A DNA stretch of 64,000 nt, taken from the IMG/VR virus record IMGVR_UViG_2974598881_000001, positions 12,269-76,268 of that record; one strand, 5' to 3'. How positions within the stretch are numbered: the stretch's first letter is position 1; the number at the start of each line of letters is the position of its first letter. Below are positions 46,849-55,511 of this stretch, piece after piece. The position numbers and the translations under genes are program-made. The notes below the pieces were generated by a model. The model had not been told where the DNA came from and did no database searches. It worked only from the letters and a program-made list of their open reading frames with translations. This DNA comes from a virus. Lineage: Duplodnaviria; Caudoviricetes.

Positions 46849-48441
46849 TCACCTCCTTACGTTACGCTGTCGGATCTTCTTGTTCTGAGCGGTGACCTCT
46901 TCGTTCACGATGCTGAGCACAACTTCGCGAACCTCGGGCTCGAGGTAGTCGAGCACGCCGAGGCTGTACGCCTTCTCGAGGTCGAACCAGGCGGTAGCGC
47001 GAGCCACCTTGATCTGGTTTCGGATACCCCAGGTCAGGGGCAGCTCGCCGTTGTCGCTCATCTCGCGCAGGGTCTTCGCGACCCGCATGAGAATGTCTTC
47101 GTGGTCCTGGCTGAAGTCGAAGCCGTCCAGTTCGCAGCGGGCTCGGATGATGCCGCGCTCGGTGTGCTCGTCGGGCATGTCAACGAAGATATGCATGAGT
47201 CGCGAACCGTCAGCGTCGCCAATCATCTCGGCACCGACGTTACGAGCGTCCCAGGCCGGGTTCATCGCCATTCCCAGGAACGCGAAGGCGTGACGCTTGA
47301 TGACCTCGCCCTCGTTCTTGTCGTTCACGAGCTGCTTGCTGTTGTCGGTCAGCGGGCGAATGTACTGCCACACCTCGGGCGGGCCGGTGTTCGGCTCGTC
47401 CAACACGACGACGCAGGGCTTGACCCAGGCCTTCGGGATGCGACCCGGCTTGAACACGGTCTCGTTGTTCTCGAAGTGCATCTTCCCGGCGAGGTCGTCG
47501 ATCTCCGAGTCGCGCGTAATGCTGATGCGCTCGAACGGAAGCTGCATGAGCCATGCCATGTAGCGGAAGAACTCGGTCTTACCGGTGCCCGCCTTGCCAT
47601 GCAGGGCGGGCGTCTCGTCCAGATGGAACCACAGGGCTCCGACCGTGTACGAAAGCTGCATGTGATCGACATACTGCTCGGGGTGCTCGTCGTCGCCGGT
47701 CGCCGGAATCTTCGCCTGCTCCTCGGGCGAGAAGATCTCGCGCTTGAAGATCGGCAGGAAGACCTCGCGCTTGCCCGATACCAGGCGTCGCCAGGCGCGG
47801 ATGCCCTGCTTGTCCTGGGCGTCGGTGACCGGGCGATCAGTGGGGTACACTGCCGGATCGACGCTGGTATCGACGCGCTCGGCGCGTGCAGCCTTCGCGA
47901 TCTCCTCGGGCATGATGAACTTGGCGAGGTTCGGATCGACGTGCAGGCTGTTGAGCATCGTCTGGAAGTGCGCGTCGGGGTCCGATGCGGTCGAGCGCGC
48001 CGACACCTTGCAGTCTTTGGCGATCTGTGATGCCTTGAGGTCGGGAATCAGCTTCCCGAACTTGACGCAGGCTCCCATCGGAATGCCGATGCGCTCTGAC
48101 ACCTTCGCACCCTGCACGTAGAAGTAGCAGGCGCGGCAGGTCTTCGCGATACCCATCTTCTCGGTGGGCTCAGGCGGTGCACCGACACCGATGGTCAGCG
48201 CGATCTTCTTATCGCCTGCGGGGGCGTAAGCGTTGTGCTTCATGCACCGCGAACCGACCTCCTCAGAACGAATGTGCTCCTGCTCGGAGCTCATGTTCTG
48301 AGTAGCGAGAATAGTTCCGAGCAGTCCGCAGGTGCTCATCATCGTCGGCTTGCCGTAGACCTCGGTCTGCTTCGTCGTGTCTCCGCGACCGATGCGATGA
48401 ATGCAGTCTCCGCAGCTCTTCGGCCTATCGTTGTCCGTCAC
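46849..48441 (-). CDS. MoxR/CobS-like AAA+ ATPase with Cys-rich N-terminus
   Basis: GKAGTGKT, VVLDEPN, MAMNP, SRLMH; start revised to GTG 48441. Confidence 0.88.
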   Translation of the reverse strand: MTDNDRPKSCGDCIHRIGRGDTTKQTEVYGKPTMMSTCGLLGTILATQNMSSEQEHIRSEEVGSRCMKHNAYAPAGDKKIALTIGVGAPPEPTEKMGIAKTCRACYFYVQGAKVSERIGIPMGACVKFGKLIPDLKASQIAKDCKVSARSTASDPDAHFQTMLNSLHVDPNLAKFIMPEEIAKAARAERVDTSVDPAVYPTDRPVTDAQDKQGIRAWRRLVSGKREVFLPIFKREIFSPEEQAKIPATGDDEHPEQYVDHMQLSYTVGALWFHLDETPALHGKAGTGKTEFFRYMAWLMQLPFERISITRDSEIDDLAGKMHFENNETVFKPGRIPKAWVKPCVVVLDEPNTGPPEVWQYIRPLTDNSKQLVNDKNEGEVIKRHAFAFLGMAMNPAWDARNVGAEMIGDADGSRLMHIFVDMPDEHTERGIIRARCELDGFDFSQDHEDILMRVAKTLREMSDNGELPLTWGIRNQIKVARATAWFDLEKAYSLGVLDYLEPEVREVVLSIVNEEVTAQNKKIRQRNVRR

Positions 48442-48489
48442 TATGAGCACTCCTTTCGGTAGTGGTTGGCGCTCTTGGTCACATGGTAC

Positions 48490-48518
48490 ATAGTACCACA
48501 TGTGCAACCGTGTGTCAA
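48490..48518 (-). promoter_or_regulatory. SigA-like promoter (extended -10)
   Basis: TTGACA-N17-TACTAT with TGG. Confidence 0.8.
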
Positions 48519-49153
48519 ACGGTTTCTTCTCGGTACTCGCGGTGTGTTTCGTTCCAGTCCGCGCGGTGCGTGTGGCACATCGGCACGAGGCGGTGCGGTC
48601 GCACCTGCTGGAACTTGCTTGGCGGCAGGTGATCGAGGGACACCAGCCCGCCCTCGCCCGCACGTTCTGCGGCCTCCTGGCTGCACACGACACAGATACG
48701 TCGCGGGTGCTGTAGCATCCATCCGTGACGCTTCTCGAAAGCGTACGTCGGATCAGGCATAACCTCGTATCCCTGCACGCCCTGCATCCGCTCGAGCTTG
48801 TTCAGGATACGCCGGATGCGACTGATCTTGACGTAGAAGTCCTGCCAGACCATTCCGTCTTGGTCCTCGGACGCGATCAGTACCGGCATGACCGGCTCGC
48901 GCGCCTCGGCGGCGGCGGAACTGTTGAAGATCGCGGCGCACTCGGTTGTGTCCTCGTCATTCCACCAGGGCTCGTCGCAACCGATGGTCTGTACCCAGTT
49001 GCGGTGCACGATGGAGAACGGGCCTTGATTGAGCTCCATGTAGGTAGGCTCGTCGGGGAGCCGGTCAACGATCAGCTCCAGTCGAGCAGGTAGGTCATAC
49101 TCGCCCGACAGGGCCGGATCGAAGACCTCGGCTGCTAGCACACGGGTAGTCAC
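48515..49153 (-). CDS. Hypothetical protein with HNH-like C-terminus
   Basis: CVVC...SLDHLPP...LVPMCHTH. Confidence 0.5.
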   Translation of the reverse strand: MTTRVLAAEVFDPALSGEYDLPARLELIVDRLPDEPTYMELNQGPFSIVHRNWVQTIGCDEPWWNDEDTTECAAIFNSSAAAEAREPVMPVLIASEDQDGMVWQDFYVKISRIRRILNKLERMQGVQGYEVMPDPTYAFEKRHGWMLQHPRRICVVCSQEAAERAGEGGLVSLDHLPPSKFQQVRPHRLVPMCHTHRADWNETHREYREETV

Positions 49154-49350
49154 TCGTCAACCACCTCGAGCTCGGCCTGATCGGCGATCACCTTGAGACA
49201 CGCTTCGCGCGTGTGGTGCACGAAGCTGACCGGACCACTGCCGTGTCCGTTGGTCAGTACGCACTGCGTGCGAGGCGGCGCGCCGCACGATGGACACGTG
49301 AAGTCGAGCGGCGTGAGCGTCACGCCGTCGAGCATGTGTAGCTTCTTCAT
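49150..49350 (-). CDS. Zinc-finger protein
   Basis: CPSCGA...C...H..R. Confidence 0.6.
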   Translation of the reverse strand: MKKLHMLDGVTLTPLDFTCPSCGAPPRTQCVLTNGHGSGPVSFVHHTREACLKVIADQAELEVVDE

Positions 49351-49358
49351 GGTGACTC

Positions 49359-49775
49359 CTATCTGCAGGGCTCGTGCCCTGGGTCGGTTGCGTCGATGGT
49401 AGCCGAGGCGTCACCAATCTCCGCCCAGGCGTTGTTCATTGCCTGTGCTACTCGGTTCAGTTCGGCGCGCAATGCGGCCTGCTTGGTTGCGTCTTTGTTG
49501 TACAGGTTCGCAATGATCTCGCCCTGAATGCGCTCAAGGTCACCCTTCGACTGCGACAAGACCTTCTGGCCTTCGCGCATCTTGTGCACTGCGTTCATCC
49601 AATTGATGCACGCCTGGCTCGTCTTGCCCTTGACCTCCTTCTCGACCGTCTTGGTTACCTGAATCATCATCGGCTGCTGGGGCTTGGCGGGGGCGGGCGG
49701 CTCAGGCGCAAACATCGTTACGCTGAGCACACCCGCGACCGCCAAACCAGCTACGAACCACACAAAAGATCGCAT
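49359..49775 (-). CDS. Membrane-anchored or secreted helical protein
   Basis: MRSFVWFVAGLAVAGVLSV N-terminal anchor; terminal Cys pair. Confidence 0.6.
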   Translation of the reverse strand: MRSFVWFVAGLAVAGVLSVTMFAPEPPAPAKPQQPMMIQVTKTVEKEVKGKTSQACINWMNAVHKMREGQKVLSQSKGDLERIQGEIIANLYNKDATKQAALRAELNRVAQAMNNAWAEIGDASATIDATDPGHEPCR

Positions 49776-49777
49776 GT

Positions 49778-50725
49778 TCAGTCGCGGCTCGCTGCGCCGG
49801 GGGACCAGACACCGTTCTTGTTGTCGATGTAATCGACAAGGTCGGGACGCTTCGTGATGCACTCGGACCCGAGGCGGTAGTACCGGCTCTTGTCATCGGT
49901 GAGCTCGCGACCGCAGTTGACGCACTCAGAGAACTTCTCGCCGTAGCGGTCAGCGCATCCGGCCTTGTCCATCATGATCTGAGTGAGCAAGTCCGCAACC
50001 GAACTGCCGTGGACGGTGTTCCGACCGGTGACTCGACCATCGTTCCAGTAGTACTGCAGGTCATTCCAGGTGTCGGACGACTTGTACTGTACCACACGGT
50101 GCGGCGCATTGCCCACCTTGGACTTGCGCTCGGCGAGACGGAGGAACACAATCTGCGTCTCGTCGTCGTTCGCCACAGCGTAGCGTCCGTTCGGAATCAG
50201 CCGCAACACGTTCAGGTCGATCTTATCCTGAACTGGCGTCACAGGCAAGGCGAGCGGGTCCGGCGCGCTCGGCACAATCGAGACCACGGTGGACATGTCA
50301 CGCGCGGCCTCGTCCACCGCGTCCAACTTCTTGAGCTTGCCGATCACCTGGCTGGCGTCGAGCATGTTGGACACCTTGCCCTCGACCCGCGCGAACTTCT
50401 CCGCGCAAAGGTCGTCGATGTAGCTCAGCTGGCGATCGGTCGCCGGTCGCCTTTCGCGACCGTCACGAGTGTTCGGATCACGCTCGACCTTCACGACACG
50501 CTGCGCGATCGAGAGGGGCCGGATCACGGGGGCCGCGCCGCCCAGGGGAGGGATGACCGGTGCAGGCTTGTGCCACTGCGCGCGCACCGCTGCAACGAGT
50601 CCGTTCTCCACCTTGGTAATGCGCGCCAGCGATGCCTTGTAGGCGGCGCTGAACGCGTCGAAGTCTTCCTCCATCGTGATACGCGCCTTGCGCACCTCAT
50701 CGAGTGCGTCGCTCAGTTCCGTCAT
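49778..50725 (-). CDS. DUF6011-like zinc-finger protein
   Basis: YG...CVNCGRELTD..S...LGSEC. Confidence 0.7.
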   Translation of the reverse strand: MTELSDALDEVRKARITMEEDFDAFSAAYKASLARITKVENGLVAAVRAQWHKPAPVIPPLGGAAPVIRPLSIAQRVVKVERDPNTRDGRERRPATDRQLSYIDDLCAEKFARVEGKVSNMLDASQVIGKLKKLDAVDEAARDMSTVVSIVPSAPDPLALPVTPVQDKIDLNVLRLIPNGRYAVANDDETQIVFLRLAERKSKVGNAPHRVVQYKSSDTWNDLQYYWNDGRVTGRNTVHGSSVADLLTQIMMDKAGCADRYGEKFSECVNCGRELTDDKSRYYRLGSECITKRPDLVDYIDNKNGVWSPGAASRD

Positions 50726-50946
50726 CGTTTCAGCACCTCCTCGGCAATCGCTGTTCCGGTGTTCATCCCCGACAGGGCGCTGAACACATCGTACTCGGTG
50801 AAGGCGTCGCACTCAAGCGTGCGCACGAGACGTTCACCGTGGTTCAGGGCCTCGTCCATCTTTTTGCGAACGTCCCAGAACGTCTGGCCACTGAATCGCT
50901 TCTTGTTCTTCGTGTCGTTGTGCCAGGTGATCGTACCTTGCCACAT
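50722..50946 (-). CDS. Hypothetical protein
   Basis: 74 aa, coupled. Confidence 0.6.
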   Translation of the reverse strand: MWQGTITWHNDTKNKKRFSGQTFWDVRKKMDEALNHGERLVRTLECDAFTEYDVFSALSGMNTGTAIAEEVLKR

Positions 50947-50948
50947 GT

Positions 50949-51266
50949 TCAGGGCCTCCTCGGGTCCGTGCTCGGGTCACGCCAGGCGCTGTTGGAATCA
51001 ATCCACCAGTACCCATCGGTATCGCCGCGCTCGTCCTGGCGAAAGACACCGTACCCGAGGATACGGGCACCGTCGCGGTGTTCTTCGTACTCCTCACGAC
51101 ACGCATTCGAGTACTTCTCGAGTACTTCGGTGATCGTACGAAACAGGCAGTCGTTCGCCTGCGAAAGGGCCTCGGTGGCGGTGCTCATACCGGCGAACTC
51201 GACGGCGGTCACGTACTCGCCGCTGGTGTCACGCGCGGCAAGTGCCGCTCCGTAAGTGTAGGACAT
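50949..51266 (-). CDS. Hypothetical protein
   Basis: 105 aa. Confidence 0.6.
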   Translation of the reverse strand: MSYTYGAALAARDTSGEYVTAVEFAGMSTATEALSQANDCLFRTITEVLEKYSNACREEYEEHRDGARILGYGVFRQDERGDTDGYWWIDSNSAWRDPSTDPRRP

Positions 51267-51269
51267 GTG

Positions 51270-51491
51270 TCACCTACCCATCGACACGGCACGGACCACG
51301 ACGCTGGCCACGCTGTGCCACTTCATGCGGCGCACGGACCGATAGACCGGGCGCGCCGGTTCGGGCGTCCACGGGGCGGACAGGGGGCTGTACGGGGTCA
51401 CGCTCGCCGATGCCGGTGCGGCATGGCGCGGCACAGCGCCGGGGCGGGCGGCGGGCGGGTAGTCCAAGGTGTTCAGTCGATGCTTCGGCAT
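51270..51491 (-). CDS. Pro/Arg-rich hypothetical protein
   Basis: 73 aa, preceded by the CTACCGAAACGGAGT motif. Confidence 0.5.
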   Translation of the reverse strand: MPKHRLNTLDYPPAARPGAVPRHAAPASASVTPYSPLSAPWTPEPARPVYRSVRRMKWHSVASVVVRAVSMGR

Positions 51492-51514
51492 AGCACACTC
51501 CGTTTCGGTAGTGA

Positions 51515-51823
51515 TTACTTGGTCTTGCTAAGTAGGTAGGCGAGATCACGTTCGATGTTCTCGGCTCGGTGCAGCGCGAACATCTGACCGATGTTCGATA
51601 TGCGCGTGACGGCGTACTCGAGCGCCTCGTCACGTTCGCGGGTGAGACGTTCGATCACCTCGGCGGGCGGCTCGTCGCAATCGCACGCGGCGATCAGTTG
51701 TGTGCACTCGGGACACACGAGCTCGGCCTCGCACGTGTCGCACAGGTAGCCCTGGTTACCGAACCACGCGCTGTAGGTGTCCACGACACACTGGCACCGG
51801 TAGCAGTTGGCGAGGGTAGGCAT
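51515..51823 (-). CDS. Cys-rich hypothetical protein
   Basis: CYRC...CDTC...CPEC...CDC. Confidence 0.6.
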   Translation of the reverse strand: MPTLANCYRCQCVVDTYSAWFGNQGYLCDTCEAELVCPECTQLIAACDCDEPPAEVIERLTRERDEALEYAVTRISNIGQMFALHRAENIERDLAYLLSKTK

Positions 51824-51826
51824 GTC

Positions 51827-51955
51827 CTACCGCGCGGCGCGCTTGGGGGCCTTGGTCAGCTTGATCAGCGACACGCGACCGGCGGGCTTGCGGGACTTGT
51901 GCAGCGACACGGTGCGGGGGGCGCGGGGGACCTTGGCGAGGGAGACGACGTACAT
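51827..51955 (-). CDS. 42-aa basic peptide with three VSL-x-K repeats
   Basis: MYVVSLAKVPRAPRTVSLHKSRKPAGRVSLIKLTKAPKRAAR; AAGGAG RBS; not in the ORF track. Confidence 0.65.
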   Translation of the reverse strand: MYVVSLAKVPRAPRTVSLHKSRKPAGRVSLIKLTKAPKRAAR

Positions 51956-51989
51956 AGTTTGCACTCCTTACGGTAGTGGAATAGGTAGC

Positions 51990-52346
51990 AGTCCGAACTG
52001 GACTAGAGGGCACACCGGATAGACGCGCGCCGGTAGCGTTCACGCTCTATGCCTCGGTGAATGGCACGTAGGGGGGATTACGCCCGATGTGCCCACTAGC
52101 TCAGTTCGACGTTGGGGGCGGCTCCCGTGCGGGGATGACTGTGTGACGAGCGCCGCCGCACGGGAGCCTGTTGCGCGTGCCTACCGGCCTCCTAGCGTGG
52201 TGGAGGTCTCACCCTCGTTCGGCTGTCGGTAGGTACTTCGTGATTGTAAACGGTTCACGATGGACCGCTGGTACACCTCACGCCTACGGTGATGCCTCCA
52301 CCTAGCGCTTATTGTACCCGTCCCCCCGCCCTTGTGGGGCGGGGAC
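51990..52346 (-). ncRNA. Candidate structured ncRNA
   Basis: ORF-free ~360 nt with long-range stems, including a 13-bp perfect helix (see findings); strand uncertain. Confidence 0.45.
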
Positions 52347-52393
52347 GCTCAGGGCCTATGCGGCTATTTAACCTCGCCCTGACGAGGTGGACG

Positions 52394-53317
52394 TTAGTCC
52401 TTGGTGGCGCCCTTGACGCCCTCGGCGTTCACGCCCGGCGTGACACCCTCGACGCCGGTCTTGCCGAACAGGCGGGCCGACACGGCACCCGAGCTCGGGT
52501 GATCGTCGCCGTACTCGTCCGAGGTGTGCTTCACGATCTCGGACACGGTGAGGAACTCGCCCGACGCCTTGGACGCGAACGCGCTCTCGATGTGCGCGGC
52601 CACGTTGCGGCGCGTGCCGGTGAACGGGGCGCGGACGCCACCGCTCGCGGCCCGACCCTTGCCCAGGCCCTTGCCCTGGACCAGCTTGACCGCCGCAGCG
52701 GCGAGGGGGCTGATCTCGGGAGCCTCGCCACGGGTCTCCTCGTCCTCGCGCGTCCACTCGATGTACTCGACGGCCTCGCGGGTGGCCAGGTCCGTGTCGA
52801 TCGGCTCGAAGTCCGCGACCTCGTCGTCGGCGGTGTCCACGAGGACCTCACGGGCGATCTCGAGGGCCGCGACGCGCTCGGCGAAGGCCTCACGCGGATC
52901 GACCTTCGGCGCGGCGGGCTTGGGCTCGGACTTGGTCGTCAGGAGCCGGTCGCTGATCTCGTTGTACGAGACGGCCTTGATGTACTCCCCGGCGGGCAGC
53001 GCGGCCTTCATCTGGTCGTTCACGTAGTTCTTGGCCAGGTTCTTGTACTTGATGCCGCCGGTCACGGCACGGTACGCCTGCGAGACGGCGTCGAGGTTGG
53101 CCTCGGTCACGGTGCCCGTGTCGGCGTCGGCCTCGGCCACGGCCTTCTCCACGGTCTCGGTGAAGGCGTCGACGGCGGGCAGGTGCTCGGCGTCGGCGGC
53201 GGCCTGCTTGGCCTCCTTTTCCTCGGCGGTGGGCTCGGTGGCCTCGGCCTCGGTCACGACGGCCTGGGGGGCCTCGACGTCGTTGTCCTCGTTGAAGATC
53301 TCGGTGCGGTCGCTCAT
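52394..53317 (-). CDS. Acidic Ala-rich protein with winged-HTH-like C-terminus
   Basis: 307 aa, extreme GC3, own promoter; HPSSGAVSARL motif. Confidence 0.75.
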   Translation of the reverse strand: MSDRTEIFNEDNDVEAPQAVVTEAEATEPTAEEKEAKQAAADAEHLPAVDAFTETVEKAVAEADADTGTVTEANLDAVSQAYRAVTGGIKYKNLAKNYVNDQMKAALPAGEYIKAVSYNEISDRLLTTKSEPKPAAPKVDPREAFAERVAALEIAREVLVDTADDEVADFEPIDTDLATREAVEYIEWTREDEETRGEAPEISPLAAAAVKLVQGKGLGKGRAASGGVRAPFTGTRRNVAAHIESAFASKASGEFLTVSEIVKHTSDEYGDDHPSSGAVSARLFGKTGVEGVTPGVNAEGVKGATKD

Positions 53318-53399
53318 GGTTGTTACCTCCTGGTGTATGGGGCGGGGGCGCAGGTTGCGCCGGTGTCCCGATGGGGTGTTCGTTTTCCGTTGTACCTAT

Positions 53400-53428
53400 A
53401 GCCTACCTCGGCAGGGCTGCCGATGCAA
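53400..53428 (-). promoter_or_regulatory. SigA-like promoter
   Basis: TTGCAT-N17-TAGGCT; 7-bp inverted repeat in the spacer. Confidence 0.55.
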
Positions 53429-53461
53429 GCCGCTATTGGTACTAGTTTTGTGTGACGTGCG

Positions 53462-53773
53462 TCACATCGGTAGTTCGGACACGTAACAAACCGTGTCGTT
53501 TTCCAACCAGTTCACAGTCCCACACTTGAGCTCGGTGCCAAGGATGGACCACTGGTAGGCGGCGTGCGGACGGTGCATGTTGGCGATTCTGACCACGCCA
53601 CGCGCCATTGTGGCGGCTTGGCGTAGGGTCTCGCACCTGTACGTCTGGGTACGCCTTCCGTTGCGCCACACGGTGACCTGGACACCGAGGGCGGGGTCCG
53701 TGCGGTCACGGTAGAGGCGCTCGAGGTGCGTCGGTAGTTCGGGCACATCGGGTAGTTCGTTTGCCTCAGTCAC
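53462..53773 (-). CDS. Hypothetical protein
   Basis: GTG start after ACCGAAAGG. Confidence 0.6.
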   Translation of the reverse strand: MTEANELPDVPELPTHLERLYRDRTDPALGVQVTVWRNGRRTQTYRCETLRQAATMARGVVRIANMHRPHAAYQWSILGTELKCGTVNWLENDTVCYVSELPM

Positions 53774-53894
53774 GGTTAGCCTTTCGGTTTGCCGTGCGGA
53801 CGTAGACAACCACGATGATTACGAGTGCAATCAACAGGTGTCCACCGTTGGCACCGTGAAGGGTGCCTGCGATGAAGTCGAGGACCTCGTACAC
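53766..53894 (-). CDS. 42-aa membrane peptide
   Basis: LLIALVIIVVVYV TM segment; AGGAG RBS. Confidence 0.55.
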   Translation of the reverse strand: MYEVLDFIAGTLHGANGGHLLIALVIIVVVYVRTANRKANRD

Positions 53895-53906
53895 GATTGT
53901 GAACTC

Positions 53907-54062
53907 CTACTTGCCGAAGATCACGTCGGTCACGAAGGGCACGTTGGCCTCGTGGATCACGAACGCCAGGGCGCGCTGCTCACGCGCGGTCAGGCGACGG
54001 TTGCTCCGGGCCTTGGCGAACTGGCCGCGATCGGTGCGCTGGTGCTTGAAGGTCTTGGACAT
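53907..54062 (-). CDS. Small basic protein (51 aa)
   Basis: MSKTFKHQRTDRGQFAKAR...; high GC3; not in the ORF track. Confidence 0.6.
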   Translation of the reverse strand: MSKTFKHQRTDRGQFAKARSNRRLTAREQRALAFVIHEANVPFVTDVIFGK

Positions 54063-54112
54063 GATGCACTCATTTCTGTAGTGTCAGGCGGGCTGGATTA
54101 CCCTCTGAATAC

Positions 54113-54142
54113 ACCCTACCACGTATGGTGCACTCAGGTCAA
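54113..54142 (-). promoter_or_regulatory. SigA-like promoter
   Basis: TTGACC-N18-TAGGGT with TGG. Confidence 0.6.
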
Positions 54143-54155
54143 ACCCAGTTTCGCT

Positions 54156-54389
54156 CTAGACGATGGGGAAGTTCGCGGTCGCAACCACGCACCTCATTAG
54201 GCACTCGATCCGGTCGAGGTCGCCTTCGTCGGCGATCTCGTCTGGTCCGTAGCCTAGCTCGATCATGCGCTCACGTGCAACCTCCTCCACGTTCGCGCGC
54301 TGGTCTGCAGTCAGGGTATCCCTGATAGCGTACCACGTTCCACGGGCACCTGCGTCGATGGAACCGTTCAGGGTATCCACGCTCATCAC
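54156..54389 (-). CDS. Hypothetical protein
   Basis: 77 aa, coupled. Confidence 0.6.
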   Translation of the reverse strand: MMSVDTLNGSIDAGARGTWYAIRDTLTADQRANVEEVARERMIELGYGPDEIADEGDLDRIECLMRCVVATANFPIV

Positions 54390-54748
54390 GCACCGGCCTT
54401 TGCGGCCGCAACCATGACCATGTTGCGGTAGAACTCAGGAACCTCGCGCCGGATGTACCGGGCGGGGTCAAGGGACCGGCGGGCTTCGGCGAGGTACGCC
54501 TCCACGCGCGGTGTGTGGTCGATCTCGACCCGGTTCTTCCGAACCACGGTGTTACCACGGTGGATCACGCCCGAGACTCGTCCGGTGTGCGCCGCGATCT
54601 TCTCACGTCGGGCCTTGCGCTGGTCGGCGTCGAGGTCCGCCCAGTTGTCCGGGTTGAATGCCAGTTCACGGTTGAGCTGAATCTGCTGGTATTCGGTGTG
54701 GTGAATCACGGGGACGGTGCTGTAGACGCGCTTGCGTGCCTTGGACAC
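54386..54748 (-). CDS. Hypothetical basic protein
   Basis: 120 aa, GTG after ACCGAAAGGA. Confidence 0.65.
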   Translation of the reverse strand: MSKARKRVYSTVPVIHHTEYQQIQLNRELAFNPDNWADLDADQRKARREKIAAHTGRVSGVIHRGNTVVRKNRVEIDHTPRVEAYLAEARRSLDPARYIRREVPEFYRNMVMVAAAKAGA

Positions 54749-54786
54749 GGTGCGATCCTTTCGGTATCGGTTGATCTGATACTACC

Positions 54787-54816
54787 ATAGTACCATGACC
54801 TCGGTCTGTTTGTCAA
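54787..54816 (-). promoter_or_regulatory. SigA-like promoter
   Basis: TTGACA-N18-TACTAT; -35 inside a 9-bp inverted repeat. Confidence 0.8.
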
Positions 54817-54842
54817 CAGACCGGATCAAACTACCACGCTAG

Positions 54843-55178
54843 TTAGCACATGTGCGTTGCGATGAACTTTCGGAAGAAGTCCACGATCTCACGAATGTCG
54901 AACTGGTGATCGAGTTCCACCTGCTCCACGGTGCCGCCCTCGTTGTGGTAATCCCCATCGGTGGACGCTACCGCGAGGTAGGGCTCCACGATGGCGAGCC
55001 AGCATGTGATGCCGGTAGCCGAGGTGTTCGCGTACTTCACCACGTTGTTCTCGAAGGTGATCTCCTCGAACATCGTTGCCACGATGGACGCCCGGTAATC
55101 GAGGTCTTCATCGTGCATGTCACGCATGGTCTCCGCGATCAAGGCGCCACGGATCATGTCGAATTGTTCGTTGTTCAC
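54843..55178 (-). CDS. Acidic hypothetical protein
   Basis: 111 aa, own promoter. Confidence 0.65.
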   Translation of the reverse strand: MNNEQFDMIRGALIAETMRDMHDEDLDYRASIVATMFEEITFENNVVKYANTSATGITCWLAIVEPYLAVASTDGDYHNEGGTVEQVELDHQFDIREIVDFFRKFIATHMC

Positions 55179-55213
55179 TTTTCAACCCTTTCGGTGTTGT
55201 GTTCGTTGGTACT

Positions 55214-55242
55214 AGTCTAGCATCACCCGGCCCGATTGTCAA
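55214..55242 (-). promoter_or_regulatory. SigA-like promoter
   Basis: TTGACA-N17-TAGACT(AGTACC); -35 inside a 9-bp inverted repeat. Confidence 0.8.
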
Positions 55243-55265
55243 CTTTCGGGCCGGATCAAACCGGA

Positions 55266-55511
55266 CTAGGACGAGAACACGTTCACCACGTGGTAGACAT
55301 GATCGCCATGCATCACGTACACAGTCATGTCCGCCTGAGAATCGTTCGGGTTGGTCTCGATTTCCGCCCGCGCGTCCGATCCGTGGAACTTCTCGCGGAC
55401 GGACTTCACCACGGACTCGATGTAGTCGATGACTTCCGCCAACGTGTCCACATCTTTGTTGTCGATAGGCATGTCACCGGCCCACGAATCGAGATTTTCG
55501 ATTTGGAACAT
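55266..55511 (-). CDS. Acidic hypothetical protein
   Basis: 81 aa, own promoters. Confidence 0.65.
   Translation of the reverse strand: MFQIENLDSWAGDMPIDNKDVDTLAEVIDYIESVVKSVREKFHGSDARAEIETNPNDSQADMTVYVMHGDHVYHVVNVFSS

Noticed and set aside
52088-52170. tRNA-like start (GCCCACTAGCTCAGTT)
   Set aside because: No anticodon or T arm; the segment pairs better within the larger structure
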